A stretch of 64,000 nucleotides of DNA from Capsulimonadaceae bacterium (GTDB lineage Bacteria > Armatimonadota > Armatimonadia > Armatimonadales > Capsulimonadaceae), in NCBI GenBank assembly GCA_965215505.1, contig OZ244065.1:5920001-5984000 (forward strand). The letters run 5' to 3'. The notes below the pieces were generated by a model that was not told the DNA's origin, did no database searches, and saw nothing but the letters and a program-made list of their open reading frames with translations. Positions 37,998 through 47,436 of the stretch are shown here, in pieces; the first letter of the stretch is position 1, and the number at the start of each line of letters is the position of its first letter. The position numbers and the translations under genes are program-made.

Positions 37998-39362
37998 TTA
38001 TTCCGGCTGGACGTGCCGGACGAGCTGGGCGGCCAGCCCGGTGTAAGTCGCGGGCGTCAGGCTGAGGAGGCGCTGCTTGTCGTCGTCAGGCAGGTCCAAA
38101 TCAGTGATGAAGGTTTGGATGCCTTCTTTGGTGATGCCCGCGCCGCGCGTCAGCTCCTTCAGCCGCTCGTAGGCGTCGGGGGTGCCGGCGCGGCGCATGA
38201 CCGTCTGGATCGGCTCGGCCAGCACCTCCCAGGCGTCCCCCAGGTCGCGCGCGATGGCGGCCGGGTTGACCTCTAAGACGCCCAGGCCGCGCAGGGTGGA
38301 CTGGAGGGCGACGTAGGAGTGGGCGACGGCAGCCCCGACGTTGCGGAGGGCGCTCGAATCGGTCAGGTCGCGCTGGAGCCGGGAGACCGGCAGCTTGGCG
38401 GCGAGGTGGGTCAGCAGGGCATTGGACACACCGAGATTGGCCTCAGAGTTCTCGAAGTTGATGGGGTTGACCTTGTGCGGCATGGTGGAGGAGCCGACCT
38501 CCCCGGCCACGGCCCGCTGCTTGAAGTAGGCCAGCGAGATGTAGGTCCAGACGTCCTGGTCGAAGCCCAGTGTGACCGTGTTGAAGCGGATCAGGGCGTG
38601 GGCCAGCTCCGCGATCCAGTCGTGCGACTCAATCTGGGTCGTCAGCGGATTGAACGTCAGCCCCAGATGCTCGACGAAGGCGCGTGACAGATCCTCCCAG
38701 GGCAAATCCGGGTAGGCAGCGGTGTGGGTGTGGAAGTTGCCGACCGTGCCGTTGAACTTGCCCAGATACTCGACCGCCTCGATCTGCCGGATTTGACGCC
38801 GCCAGCGGTGGACGAAGACGGCCATCTCCTTGCCCAAGGTGGTCGGGCTGGCGGGCTGGCCGTGGGTCCGGGCGAGGATGGCGACTCCGCGCGTGTCCTG
38901 GGCCAGCACGGCGACCCGGTCCACCATCCGGGCCGCCAGCGGCAGCCACCTCCCCCGAATCCCATTCTGGAGCATCAGGCCATAGGACAGGTTGTTGATG
39001 TCCTCCGAGGTGCAGCAGAAGTGGAGGAAGGGGATGACATCGGCAAGCGATGTCTCCCGCAGCCGCTCCTGCAAGTAATACTCGACGGCCTTGACGTCAT
39101 GGCGCGTGGTCTGCTCGATCTCCTTGACGCGGCCCGCCTGCGCCGGGTCAAACTGTGTGATGATGGCGCGCAGATAGCTTTGCTCCTCGCCGGAGAGTGG
39201 CCGGACGTCCGTGATGCCGGGCTGCTCGGCGAGGAACAGGAGCCACTCCACTTCCACCCGTACCCGGTACTTGATGAGGGCGTACTCAGAGAACTCGGAG
39301 GTCAGGTCCTCCGTCTGCGCCGCGTAGCGCCCGTCAACCGGTGAAATGGCCGTCACTGACAT
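37998..39362 (-). CDS. purB: Adenylosuccinate lyase
   Basis: AISPVDGRY, HDVKAVEY, TSEDINN, RTHGQPA and GSSTMPHKVNPINFENSE motifs. Confidence 0.96.
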   Translation of the reverse strand: MSVTAISPVDGRYAAQTEDLTSEFSEYALIKYRVRVEVEWLLFLAEQPGITDVRPLSGEEQSYLRAIITQFDPAQAGRVKEIEQTTRHDVKAVEYYLQERLRETSLADVIPFLHFCCTSEDINNLSYGLMLQNGIRGRWLPLAARMVDRVAVLAQDTRGVAILARTHGQPASPTTLGKEMAVFVHRWRRQIRQIEAVEYLGKFNGTVGNFHTHTAAYPDLPWEDLSRAFVEHLGLTFNPLTTQIESHDWIAELAHALIRFNTVTLGFDQDVWTYISLAYFKQRAVAGEVGSSTMPHKVNPINFENSEANLGVSNALLTHLAAKLPVSRLQRDLTDSSALRNVGAAVAHSYVALQSTLRGLGVLEVNPAAIARDLGDAWEVLAEPIQTVMRRAGTPDAYERLKELTRGAGITKEGIQTFITDLDLPDDDKQRLLSLTPATYTGLAAQLVRHVQPE

Positions 39363-39612
39363 GTTCGATGTATCCTTTGCGTCTGCTAGGGCCTTATTAT
39401 ACCTCCGCCCCTCATCAGCCCGACCGACAAGACACTGCGGATTTCCCGTAGCGATGCTCACGGAAAATAGGCGAGAATTTAACCGAACTCTCACGTTGTT
39501 CCGCGCCAAACACTCAAACATACAGGTATAATTACCCGGTCAACCATGCAAGCATGGGCGGCGGAGCCGCACGGACGCGGCAGAAAAGCAGAAAGCCGGT
39601 GGGCAAGCAAGA

Positions 39613-40845
39613 ATGCCAGTGAAGAAGATCGGCCTGTTATTGGGCGATGAAACGGACTGGCCTGATGCCCTGGAAGCGATCCTGCGCCGCCTTCAGCCGC
39701 AGATTTCCTATGGAGGCGAAACTTGGCGCGTGGCGATGGAACGTGTCCGCCTCCGGCCCTTCGCGCTTGACCAGCCCGTCCCTTATGATGTCGTCCTGGA
39801 CCGCCTGAGCCACTGGCACTTCCAGCCCCGGCAGTGGCTCAAAAAGGCCGCGCTGGTGGATGACGCCTACCTGCTCAATAACCCTTTCACCTTCCAGTGC
39901 TTCGACAAACACGCCGCCTATGCCGCCATGCACCGGCTCGGGCTGCCGGTCCCGCAGACGTGGCTCCTCCCCGTGGCGGAGGGGGTCAACACCTACAAGT
40001 ACCGCGTCACCACGTCCCGCTATCAGGACCCCCCCGACCTGGCGGGGATCGGGGCGCGGACGGGTTATCCCCTTTATCTGAAGCCCTACGACGGCGCGGG
40101 CGGGCGAGACGTGAGCCGGGTGGACGGCGAAGACGCCTTAGCCCAATCGTATGCGGAGTCGGGGCAGGCGCTCCTGCTCGCTCAAGCCGGCGTGGGTCCG
40201 GGCGGGATGCTGCGGACGCTGGGCATCGGCCCGCAGGCCTTGACCGTGCGTTATGACATCGGGCAGCCGATGCACGCCCGCTACCGGCTGGACAGGCCGG
40301 ACGAGGCCGAGGCGCGGGAGGCGGGGCGGGTCATCAAAGTGATCAACGCCTTCTTCCTGTGGGACCTCAACACCTGCGAGACCATCTGGCAGGGCGGCCG
40401 GGGGTGGCTGATAGACTTCGCCAACGCCTGCCCGGACATGGCCCTGACGAGCCTGCACGCCTTCTTCCCCGGCGTCCTCAAATCCCTGCTGTCGTGGCTG
40501 GTCTACTGCGCCGTCACCGACCGCCCGATGCGGCTGATGCCCGACGCCGCGCCCTATTTTGCCGTCGCCGACTCGGCGCGCACCCCCGAGGAGAAGATGG
40601 ACGCCTACGAGAGATTGGCGGACGCCCACTTCACCACGGAAGCATTCCAAGACTTCTGCGCCACGCACCTGCAAGGTCTGGACGGGTGCGCCCGAAACTT
40701 CGCGCGGTCGGCGGAGTTCGACGCCATCCTGGTGCAGAAAGTTTGTTCCACATTCCCACATCACGAACAGGAGGGCTTCATCTCACATTACCGGCACCTG
40801 ATCCGAACCTGGGTCGAGGACGAAACTGGTGGCACAGACCACTGA
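39613..40845 (+). CDS. ATP-grasp fold protein
   Basis: LLNNPF...DKH, YPLYLKPYDGAGG and IDFANACPD motifs. Confidence 0.8.
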   Translation: MPVKKIGLLLGDETDWPDALEAILRRLQPQISYGGETWRVAMERVRLRPFALDQPVPYDVVLDRLSHWHFQPRQWLKKAALVDDAYLLNNPFTFQCFDKHAAYAAMHRLGLPVPQTWLLPVAEGVNTYKYRVTTSRYQDPPDLAGIGARTGYPLYLKPYDGAGGRDVSRVDGEDALAQSYAESGQALLLAQAGVGPGGMLRTLGIGPQALTVRYDIGQPMHARYRLDRPDEAEAREAGRVIKVINAFFLWDLNTCETIWQGGRGWLIDFANACPDMALTSLHAFFPGVLKSLLSWLVYCAVTDRPMRLMPDAAPYFAVADSARTPEEKMDAYERLADAHFTTEAFQDFCATHLQGLDGCARNFARSAEFDAILVQKVCSTFPHHEQEGFISHYRHLIRTWVEDETGGTDH

Positions 40846-40945
40846 AAGCGCATCCCGTCCCGACCACGTCCCGCATGGCACTTGCCATACACCCTGCAAT
40901 CATCGAGGCCGCCCATTGAAGGCGGCCCGTAAGGAGAAACACACC

Positions 40946-41641
40946 GTGGCCCAAACTTCTAACGGTTCCATCCCCGTTGATCTCGTCATCCTGATCGACA
41001 CCAGCGTTTCCATGAAAGACGAGGCCGTCGGCCTCAGCGCGGCGGCGGAGGCCGCCATCGAAGTCGCCAGCACCAAATGCCCATCCGACCTGCGCGTCAA
41101 GTGGCTCGGCCTGGAAGGCGTCTGGAAAGGCACCAGCTTTGACCAGAGCGTTCATGCCTACCTTGGCGGCGTCGGCGTCCCTGCGGACGCCCTCCGGGGC
41201 CGCAAGAAGGGCGAGGTGGCGGACGGCGGCGCGCAGGAGGACGGCGCGCGCAACATGGAGGACATCACGCACCACTTCGACTGGCGCGAGGGCGTGGCCC
41301 GCGCGATCTTCTACCTCAGCGACGAGGCGCTTGAAGGCGGCGGCGACATGATCACGCCGGAGCAGACGGCGGCGGGCGACAAGGCCATCGCGGCGGCCCA
41401 GGGGGGTGGGGTCACGGTACACACCTACTTCGGCACCACCAAGAGCCGCTACAAGGCCGACTTGCAGGCCGAGTTCGCCCGCGTCGCCCACGAGACGGGC
41501 GGGCACGCCTTCACGCAGCAGGACAGCATCGGCGGGTTCGCGCAGGTGCTGGAGAAGGTGATCTGCACCTCGCGCGTGGTCAAGGAGCCGGCGGCTCCGG
41601 GCGGCGGGTTCGCACCCGCTACCCACCAGCAGGAGATGTAA
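40946..41641 (+). CDS. vWA (MIDAS) domain protein
   Basis: AAGGAG SD then GTG; VDLVILIDTSVSM (DxSxS); FYLSDE and ETGG motifs. Confidence 0.8.
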   Translation: MAQTSNGSIPVDLVILIDTSVSMKDEAVGLSAAAEAAIEVASTKCPSDLRVKWLGLEGVWKGTSFDQSVHAYLGGVGVPADALRGRKKGEVADGGAQEDGARNMEDITHHFDWREGVARAIFYLSDEALEGGGDMITPEQTAAGDKAIAAAQGGGVTVHTYFGTTKSRYKADLQAEFARVAHETGGHAFTQQDSIGGFAQVLEKVICTSRVVKEPAAPGGGFAPATHQQEM

Positions 41642-41733
41642 GTCGCCGACGGGCATGAAAAGCGGCCCGCCTTCCAAAAGAGGGCGGGCCGGGCACCCCG
41701 GCCCCCTGGACGCACGACACGCGAGGAGTTCAC

Positions 41734-43524
41734 ATGGCAGACCTGAAGTTCCGAATGACGCCGGCCCCGGAGGGGGCTGGCCTGACCTTCCTTCTCCTCC
41801 GGGACGGGGAGGAGGCGCTGTCGGCGGCGGGCGACTTCGTGGACCGGGACGCCTGCCTCGCCGCCATCCGTAAGGTCGCCGGGGCGCTGAACGATGACGA
41901 GCCGTTTTCGGTCCGCGCCGTGCCGGGGGGGCATGTCCTGGAACTGAGCGGGCCGGACGGGCAGACCCTGGCGCGCAGCCGGCCTCAAGGCGAGGAAGCG
42001 GCCGAAGCACTCCGGGATGCCTTGGGGGAAGCCGCGTCCGAGCAGGAGGAATACCAGATCGATCTGCCGCCGACGATGGGCGCGCGGGCCGTGACGGTGC
42101 CGGCGTCCTTCCAGACCGCCCGCATGATCTCCGCCGGTGACTACGATTTCGCCCGGCTTTCCTCCTCCGGCCTGACCGGATTCGAGTCCTTCCTGAACGA
42201 CCGCGACGGGCGGCACTATTTTCACTTCAACGACGCGCAGGGGGAGGCGCTGCTTTACAGCCGTGGGTTCGGCGATACCTCCCAGCGGAACAAGCGCCTG
42301 CGGGCGGTGATCGCGAGCGGCGAGGCCGAGCAGCGTTATGAGCGGCGGGAGGAGAACGGAAGCCATTTTTTCATCCTCAAAGGCCGCAACGGGCAGGAGA
42401 TCGCGCGGAGCCGCGCGTTCCTGACGTTGGGCGCGATGGAGGCGGCGCTGGCCTGGCTGTGTCTGGAGATGCCGCGTCAGGCGGAGCAGGCCGCAGCGCA
42501 GACGAAGGTCCGCAAGGGCGGCGGGAGCCGCAGGGGCCTCTTCAACCTCGCCCTGGCTTCCCTGACGGGCCTCGCGGGTTTCGAGATGCTTCGGGCTGCC
42601 GACCGGCGTCACTACTTCCTGTTCAACGGCGAGGATGGCCGCCCCCTCCTGTTCAGCCAGGGCTACAAGACCAGCGCAGGCCGCGATCAGGGCGTCCGGA
42701 GCCTGATCCGATTGGGCGCAAACCCTGCCCGTTATGAGGCCGCGCAGGAGAATGGGCAGCACTTTTTCGCCATCCGAGCGGGGAACCGCCAGGAAATCGC
42801 CCGAAGCGGAGACTTCGGCTCGGTGGAGGCCATGACGGCGGCCATGCGCCGACTCCAGGCCGGCATTCCGGCCCAGGCCGCTGCCTTCGGCGTCGCCGCC
42901 GAACTCCTGGAAACCTCCGCCGGCGAGAGCCTGATGATCCATGTTCCACGGGCAGAAGCGCTGGAGGAGGCCGCACATGCCCCGCTCATTGCAGGCGCTC
43001 CGCTTGTTGCGGGCGCGGTCGTCGGGGCCGCCGCGCCGGCCCTGCATGAAGCCGTGCCCATCGTCACTGAGCCTGTCCCGCCTCCGCTTCCGATCCCCGC
43101 TGTTCCCGCTCCGTCGCCCGTACTTCCGCCGCGACGCCCCGACGGTGTGGCCCGCTTCTGGCCCGTGCCCCTTGCGGTCCTGGCGCTGGCGTGTCTGGCT
43201 TGGGGACTGATCGGGCACCGCCCGAAGACCGTCGCCAGCGTCCTAAAGACCGTAGCGGCCCCGTCCCCCGTTCTGGCGTCGGCACTGCTCCCGTCCAGCG
43301 CCGTGACTGTCAGCGCGGGGCAGAAGGGGGTGTCGAAGCATCTTACATCCGCAGTACCGCAGGCACACGTGGCCCTTCTGCCTCCGTCCACAGTGCCGGT
43401 TTCGGCGGGAATCCGCCAAGCCGATGCCGTTGCACTCGCTCATGTTCCTTCTCGGCCCAAGCGGCGGAACAAGTGGTGGTCAAACTATGCCGCCACCTCC
43501 CGGCGTTATCATGGTGGGTCGTGA
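41734..43524 (+). CDS. Multi-YegP/DUF1508-repeat protein with C-terminal TM and low-complexity tail
   Basis: Repeated HYF.FN..G..LL.S.GY and FF.L...N.QEIARS motifs; Pro-rich linker; TM segment. Confidence 0.75.
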   Translation: MADLKFRMTPAPEGAGLTFLLLRDGEEALSAAGDFVDRDACLAAIRKVAGALNDDEPFSVRAVPGGHVLELSGPDGQTLARSRPQGEEAAEALRDALGEAASEQEEYQIDLPPTMGARAVTVPASFQTARMISAGDYDFARLSSSGLTGFESFLNDRDGRHYFHFNDAQGEALLYSRGFGDTSQRNKRLRAVIASGEAEQRYERREENGSHFFILKGRNGQEIARSRAFLTLGAMEAALAWLCLEMPRQAEQAAAQTKVRKGGGSRRGLFNLALASLTGLAGFEMLRAADRRHYFLFNGEDGRPLLFSQGYKTSAGRDQGVRSLIRLGANPARYEAAQENGQHFFAIRAGNRQEIARSGDFGSVEAMTAAMRRLQAGIPAQAAAFGVAAELLETSAGESLMIHVPRAEALEEAAHAPLIAGAPLVAGAVVGAAAPALHEAVPIVTEPVPPPLPIPAVPAPSPVLPPRRPDGVARFWPVPLAVLALACLAWGLIGHRPKTVASVLKTVAAPSPVLASALLPSSAVTVSAGQKGVSKHLTSAVPQAHVALLPPSTVPVSAGIRQADAVALAHVPSRPKRRNKWWSNYAATSRRYHGGS

Positions 43525-43737
43525 TCCTCCGGCCCTGAGCTTCCCGCAAGGTAGGCCGGCTTTGGTACGCCTGCTGTTTTCCCCACCGTGTTCCTCTTCC
43601 TGCTTTCATCCACTTCCGCTTGACTGCCGAACAGGCTCAGCAAAAATCGGGTAGAGAAGCGGCCTCAAAACGCCGACATTCTTGTCAGGATTGAATGAAA
43701 CCCGGACGTTTCTAGCGGGCCGGAGGAAGAGACTCGC

Positions 43738-46233
43738 ATGAAGACCCAGACGCGGCTGCTTTGTATGGGGGCGGGCGGCATTTTGGCGACGGCACTCTCG
43801 CTCATCGGGATCGGGGCCTGGCAGAGCCGCGTGTTCACGACGCAGGCGCAGGCGGAGATCGGGCGGATGGTGGACGACGACCTCGACCATCTGGCGCGGA
43901 CGACCTACAGCATGATCCAGGCGCAGGACCAGGCTCTGCGGCTCCAGGTGGATTCCGACCTGAACGTGGCCACCCATGTACTCCAGAGCCACGGCGCGCT
44001 GCGCCTGTCCCAGAGCCGGGTCGCCTGGCAGGCGACGAACCAGTTCACAAAAGCCAAAACGGCGGTCACGCTGCCGGAAATGACCGTCGGCGGGCTGTGG
44101 CTGGGGCGGAACACCGAGATCAAGACCCCGACCCCGGTGGTGGACGAGGTCAAGGGGCTGACCGGCGCGACCGTCACCATCTTTCAGCGTATGGACTCAT
44201 CCGGCGGGCTGCTCCGGGTCGCCACCAACGTCCAGAAGCTCGACGGCAAGCGCGCCCTCGGCACCTTCATCCCCGCAGTGAACCCGGACGGCAAGCCAAA
44301 CCCCGTGGTCTCCTCAGTCCTCCACGGCAAGACCTACCGGGGCAACGCCTTCGTGGTCAACGCTTGGTACGTCTCCGATTACACGCCCCTGTTCAACGAC
44401 CGGCATGAGGTCGTGGGGGCGCTCTATGTCGGCATCAAGCAGGAGAGTGTCGCGTCGCTGCGTCAGGCGATCGTCGGCGCGCACATCGGCAAAACCGGCT
44501 ATATCTTCGCGCTGCGCGGGACCGGGGTGGACCGTGGCCAATATGTCATCTCCCGGAACGGCGCGCAGGACGGGCAGAATGCGTGGCAGACGAAAGACGC
44601 TTCGGGCCGGCTGATCACCCAGGAGATGATCGCTAAAGCGCTGGCGCTGGCTCCGGGAGACTCGGTCGGCACGCGCTATCTGTGGAAGGACGAGGGCGTG
44701 AACGCGCCGCACGAGAAAGTCGCCCGGCTGCTTTATTATGCGCCCTGGGACTGGGTGATCGGGGTCACCGCCGCACCCGAGGACTTCGGCGCGTTCCAGG
44801 CCAGGCTGGAAGCGGGCCGGAACCGGATGCTGGCGATCTTCGTCGGGATGGGCCTGCTCCTCGCCCTGCTCGGCGCGTTCGTCGCGTGGCGGTTCGCGCG
44901 CGGCCTGGCGGCCCGGCTGAACCGCATCGCCGCCGTGGCCGACGGGATCGCGGGCGGCGAGGTGGACCACAAGATCGCGGAAGACGGAGACGAGGAGATC
45001 GTCGCCCTGAACCATGCCCTGCGCCGTGCCGTCTCCTACCTCCGGGAGACGGCCGACGCAGCCATGGGCATCGCCGGGGGCGACCTGACGGTAATCGTCC
45101 GGCCGCGATCGGAGCGGGACGCGCTGGGACAGGCCTTCGCCGGCATGGTCGCGACTCTGCGCGGCCTGATCGGGAGCCTCTCGGAAAACGCCGCGACGGT
45201 CACGTCCGCTTCGAGAACGCTGGCGGCCACCAGCGGGCAGATCGGCGCGGCGGTGGAGCGTATCAGCGCCGCGCTCCAGGACGTGGCGCAGGCCGGCGCG
45301 TCGTCGGCCCGAGGTGCCGAGGAGGTGGCGCGCGGCAGCGGCGCGCAGACCCGCGCGGTTTCGGAGAGCGCCGCGCTGCTGAGGCAGCTCACCCGGACGA
45401 TCGGGGAGGCCGCCGGGGATGCCCGGTCCGCGACCGAGGCCACCGGGCGGGCGTCCGAGGTGGCCGCCTCGGGCGGCGAGACGGTCCGGCAGGCGGTGCT
45501 GGGCATGGAGACGATCCGGCACACCGTCTCCGAGGCGGCTGAGGTCATCGGGTCGCTCGGGACGGCCTCAGACCAGATCGGCGGTATCGTGGCGACCATC
45601 GACCAGATCGCCTCCCAGACCAACCTCCTGGCCCTGAATGCGGCCATTGAGGCGGCACGGGCGGGGGATGCGGGCCGGGGCTTCGCCGTGGTGGCCGACG
45701 AGGTGCGGAAGCTGGCGGAGCGGTCGAGCGCGGCGACGCGCGAGATCGGGTCGCTCATCGAGGACATCCAGGCGCGGACCCGTCTGGCGGTCGGGGCGAT
45801 GCAGGCGGGGACGCGCGAGGTGGCGGCCGGGATGGCCCTGTCGGAGCAGGCGGGGAGCGCCCTGGCGGAGATCCAGGCCACGGTCGCGGGCGTGTCGGCG
45901 CAGGTGCGGGCGATTGAGGCGGCTACGGCGCAGATGACGGCGGCCTCGGCGGCGGTATCGGCCTCCACCGCCGAGGTATCCGCCGTGGCGGAGGGCAGCA
46001 GCGCCGCCGCCGAGGGCATGAGCCAGGCGGCGGGGGAGGTGTCCGCCTCGCTATCCAGTGCGGCGGCCATGACGGCGCAGCAGCAGGGGGGCGTGGCGCA
46101 GGTCAGCGCCGCCGCCGCCGAGTTGCAGCAGATGGCCGAGCAGCTCAACTCGACGATCCGCCGGTTCCGTCTCGACGCGGACGGTGCGGCGGAGCCGGGC
46201 CGTGCGGCCCCGGCGCTCCAGAGGGCGGCCTGA
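43738..46233 (+). CDS. Methyl-accepting chemotaxis protein (Cache 3/Cache 2 fusion, HAMP)
   Basis: [53 protein letters not shown]. Confidence 0.95.
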   Translation: MKTQTRLLCMGAGGILATALSLIGIGAWQSRVFTTQAQAEIGRMVDDDLDHLARTTYSMIQAQDQALRLQVDSDLNVATHVLQSHGALRLSQSRVAWQATNQFTKAKTAVTLPEMTVGGLWLGRNTEIKTPTPVVDEVKGLTGATVTIFQRMDSSGGLLRVATNVQKLDGKRALGTFIPAVNPDGKPNPVVSSVLHGKTYRGNAFVVNAWYVSDYTPLFNDRHEVVGALYVGIKQESVASLRQAIVGAHIGKTGYIFALRGTGVDRGQYVISRNGAQDGQNAWQTKDASGRLITQEMIAKALALAPGDSVGTRYLWKDEGVNAPHEKVARLLYYAPWDWVIGVTAAPEDFGAFQARLEAGRNRMLAIFVGMGLLLALLGAFVAWRFARGLAARLNRIAAVADGIAGGEVDHKIAEDGDEEIVALNHALRRAVSYLRETADAAMGIAGGDLTVIVRPRSERDALGQAFAGMVATLRGLIGSLSENAATVTSASRTLAATSGQIGAAVERISAALQDVAQAGASSARGAEEVARGSGAQTRAVSESAALLRQLTRTIGEAAGDARSATEATGRASEVAASGGETVRQAVLGMETIRHTVSEAAEVIGSLGTASDQIGGIVATIDQIASQTNLLALNAAIEAARAGDAGRGFAVVADEVRKLAERSSAATREIGSLIEDIQARTRLAVGAMQAGTREVAAGMALSEQAGSALAEIQATVAGVSAQVRAIEAATAQMTAASAAVSASTAEVSAVAEGSSAAAEGMSQAAGEVSASLSSAAAMTAQQQGGVAQVSAAAAELQQMAEQLNSTIRRFRLDADGAAEPGRAAPALQRAA

Positions 46234-46249
46234 CGAAGCGCGACAGACC

Positions 46250-46945
46250 TCACTGCAATTTGACGAGCGGGGCGATCTTGGCGAACTTCTTGGGGCCGAT
46301 GCCGGTGACCATCATTAGGTCTTCCACCTTCTCGAACCGGCCCGCCGACTGGCGGTAGGCGAGGATGCGGCCCGCCATGCTGGGACCGACGCCGGGCAGG
46401 CGCTCCAAGTCCGTGTCGGTGGCCGTGTTCAGCGCGATCAACTCGCCCGAGTCTGCCGTGACCTTGCCGCCGCGCCCACCCCCATTCCCCTTCGCCGACT
46501 TTACCGCCGCGTGCGCTGTCGCCGGGGGAGTTGCGGAAGGCGTCAAGACCGGCGGCACGGCACCGCGCTTGGGGACGAAGACTTTCTCTTCGTCGGTCAC
46601 TTTCTCGGCGAGGTTTACGGCGTCCATGTCGGCCTCCCCGGTGGGGCCGCCGGCGGCGAGGATGGCCTGCATGACCCGGCTCCCCGGACGGAGCGCGTAG
46701 AGCGACGGTCGCCGGACCGCCCCAGCCACGTCCACATACACGAGGCCGGCGAGCTTGGGCGCGGTTTGGGGGGCTTGCGAGGGCGGTGTGACGGGTGGAG
46801 AGGCGGCATCGGTCGCCTCCGGCGGCTGTCTGATCGTGATGGGAGGCGGCGCGGCCTTGTGTCCTGCAAGCAGGACGAAGCCGCTGCCGAGCAGGCAGGC
46901 CAGGCAGACGATCAGCAGCGCGAGGCGGGTCCGGGCATCCTGCAT
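46250..46945 (-). CDS. comEA: ComEA-family DNA-binding protein (TM, SLBB, helix-hairpin-helix)
   Basis: VDVAGAVRRP, NLAEKVTD, LNTAT...LPGVGP and VTGIGPK motifs. Confidence 0.88.
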   Translation of the reverse strand: MQDARTRLALLIVCLACLLGSGFVLLAGHKAAPPPITIRQPPEATDAASPPVTPPSQAPQTAPKLAGLVYVDVAGAVRRPSLYALRPGSRVMQAILAAGGPTGEADMDAVNLAEKVTDEEKVFVPKRGAVPPVLTPSATPPATAHAAVKSAKGNGGGRGGKVTADSGELIALNTATDTDLERLPGVGPSMAGRILAYRQSAGRFEKVEDLMMVTGIGPKKFAKIAPLVKLQ

Positions 46946-47019
46946 GGTATTTCTTCCTTGATGGGGCTGGCGCAACTTTCCGGGGCGGCCGGTGTCTCAG
47001 TGGATAGGGAGACACTGAC

Positions 47020-47436
47020 ATGACGAAATTCACAGAAACGCAGACATTTCCAACCATCGCCTACGGTGTATTGGGCCTCTCGGCGGTCGCGGTCGTCTGG
47101 TCGGGACTGCTCTGGCCTGTCCTGCTGCTCGGCATGGCCTTCAATCTGCTCTGCCTGCGGACGACGGTGACGGAGGCGCAGGTGACCGTCCGCTTCGGTG
47201 CCCTGTTCCCGTTGTACCAGCGGAGCATCCCCAAAGCGGACATCGTCTCCTTTGAAGTGGTGACGTACTCGCCCATCGCCGACTACGGCGGCTGGGGCAT
47301 CAAGTGGGGGCGGGGCGGCCTTGCCCTGAACGCGCGCGGCAACCGGGGCGTCCGCCTGACGCTCCGGGATGGCCGCCGTGTCCTGGTCGGCTCGCAGCGG
47401 CCCGGAGAGCTGGCGGCGGCGCTTGGCACGGGTTAG
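47020..47436 (+). CDS. Small membrane protein (YGGWGI motif family)
   Basis: GGGAGA SD; TM segment; YSPIADYGGWGIK and VLVGSQRP motifs. Confidence 0.75.
   Translation: MTKFTETQTFPTIAYGVLGLSAVAVVWSGLLWPVLLLGMAFNLLCLRTTVTEAQVTVRFGALFPLYQRSIPKADIVSFEVVTYSPIADYGGWGIKWGRGGLALNARGNRGVRLTLRDGRRVLVGSQRPGELAAALGTG

Noticed and set aside
39363-39612. Purine riboswitch upstream of purB
   Set aside because: No recognisable aptamer core. The region looks like a divergent promoter.
43600-43737. Sigma28 promoter or c-di-GMP riboswitch before the chemoreceptor gene
   Set aside because: Only partial GCCGA matches without a properly spaced -35, and no convincing aptamer.
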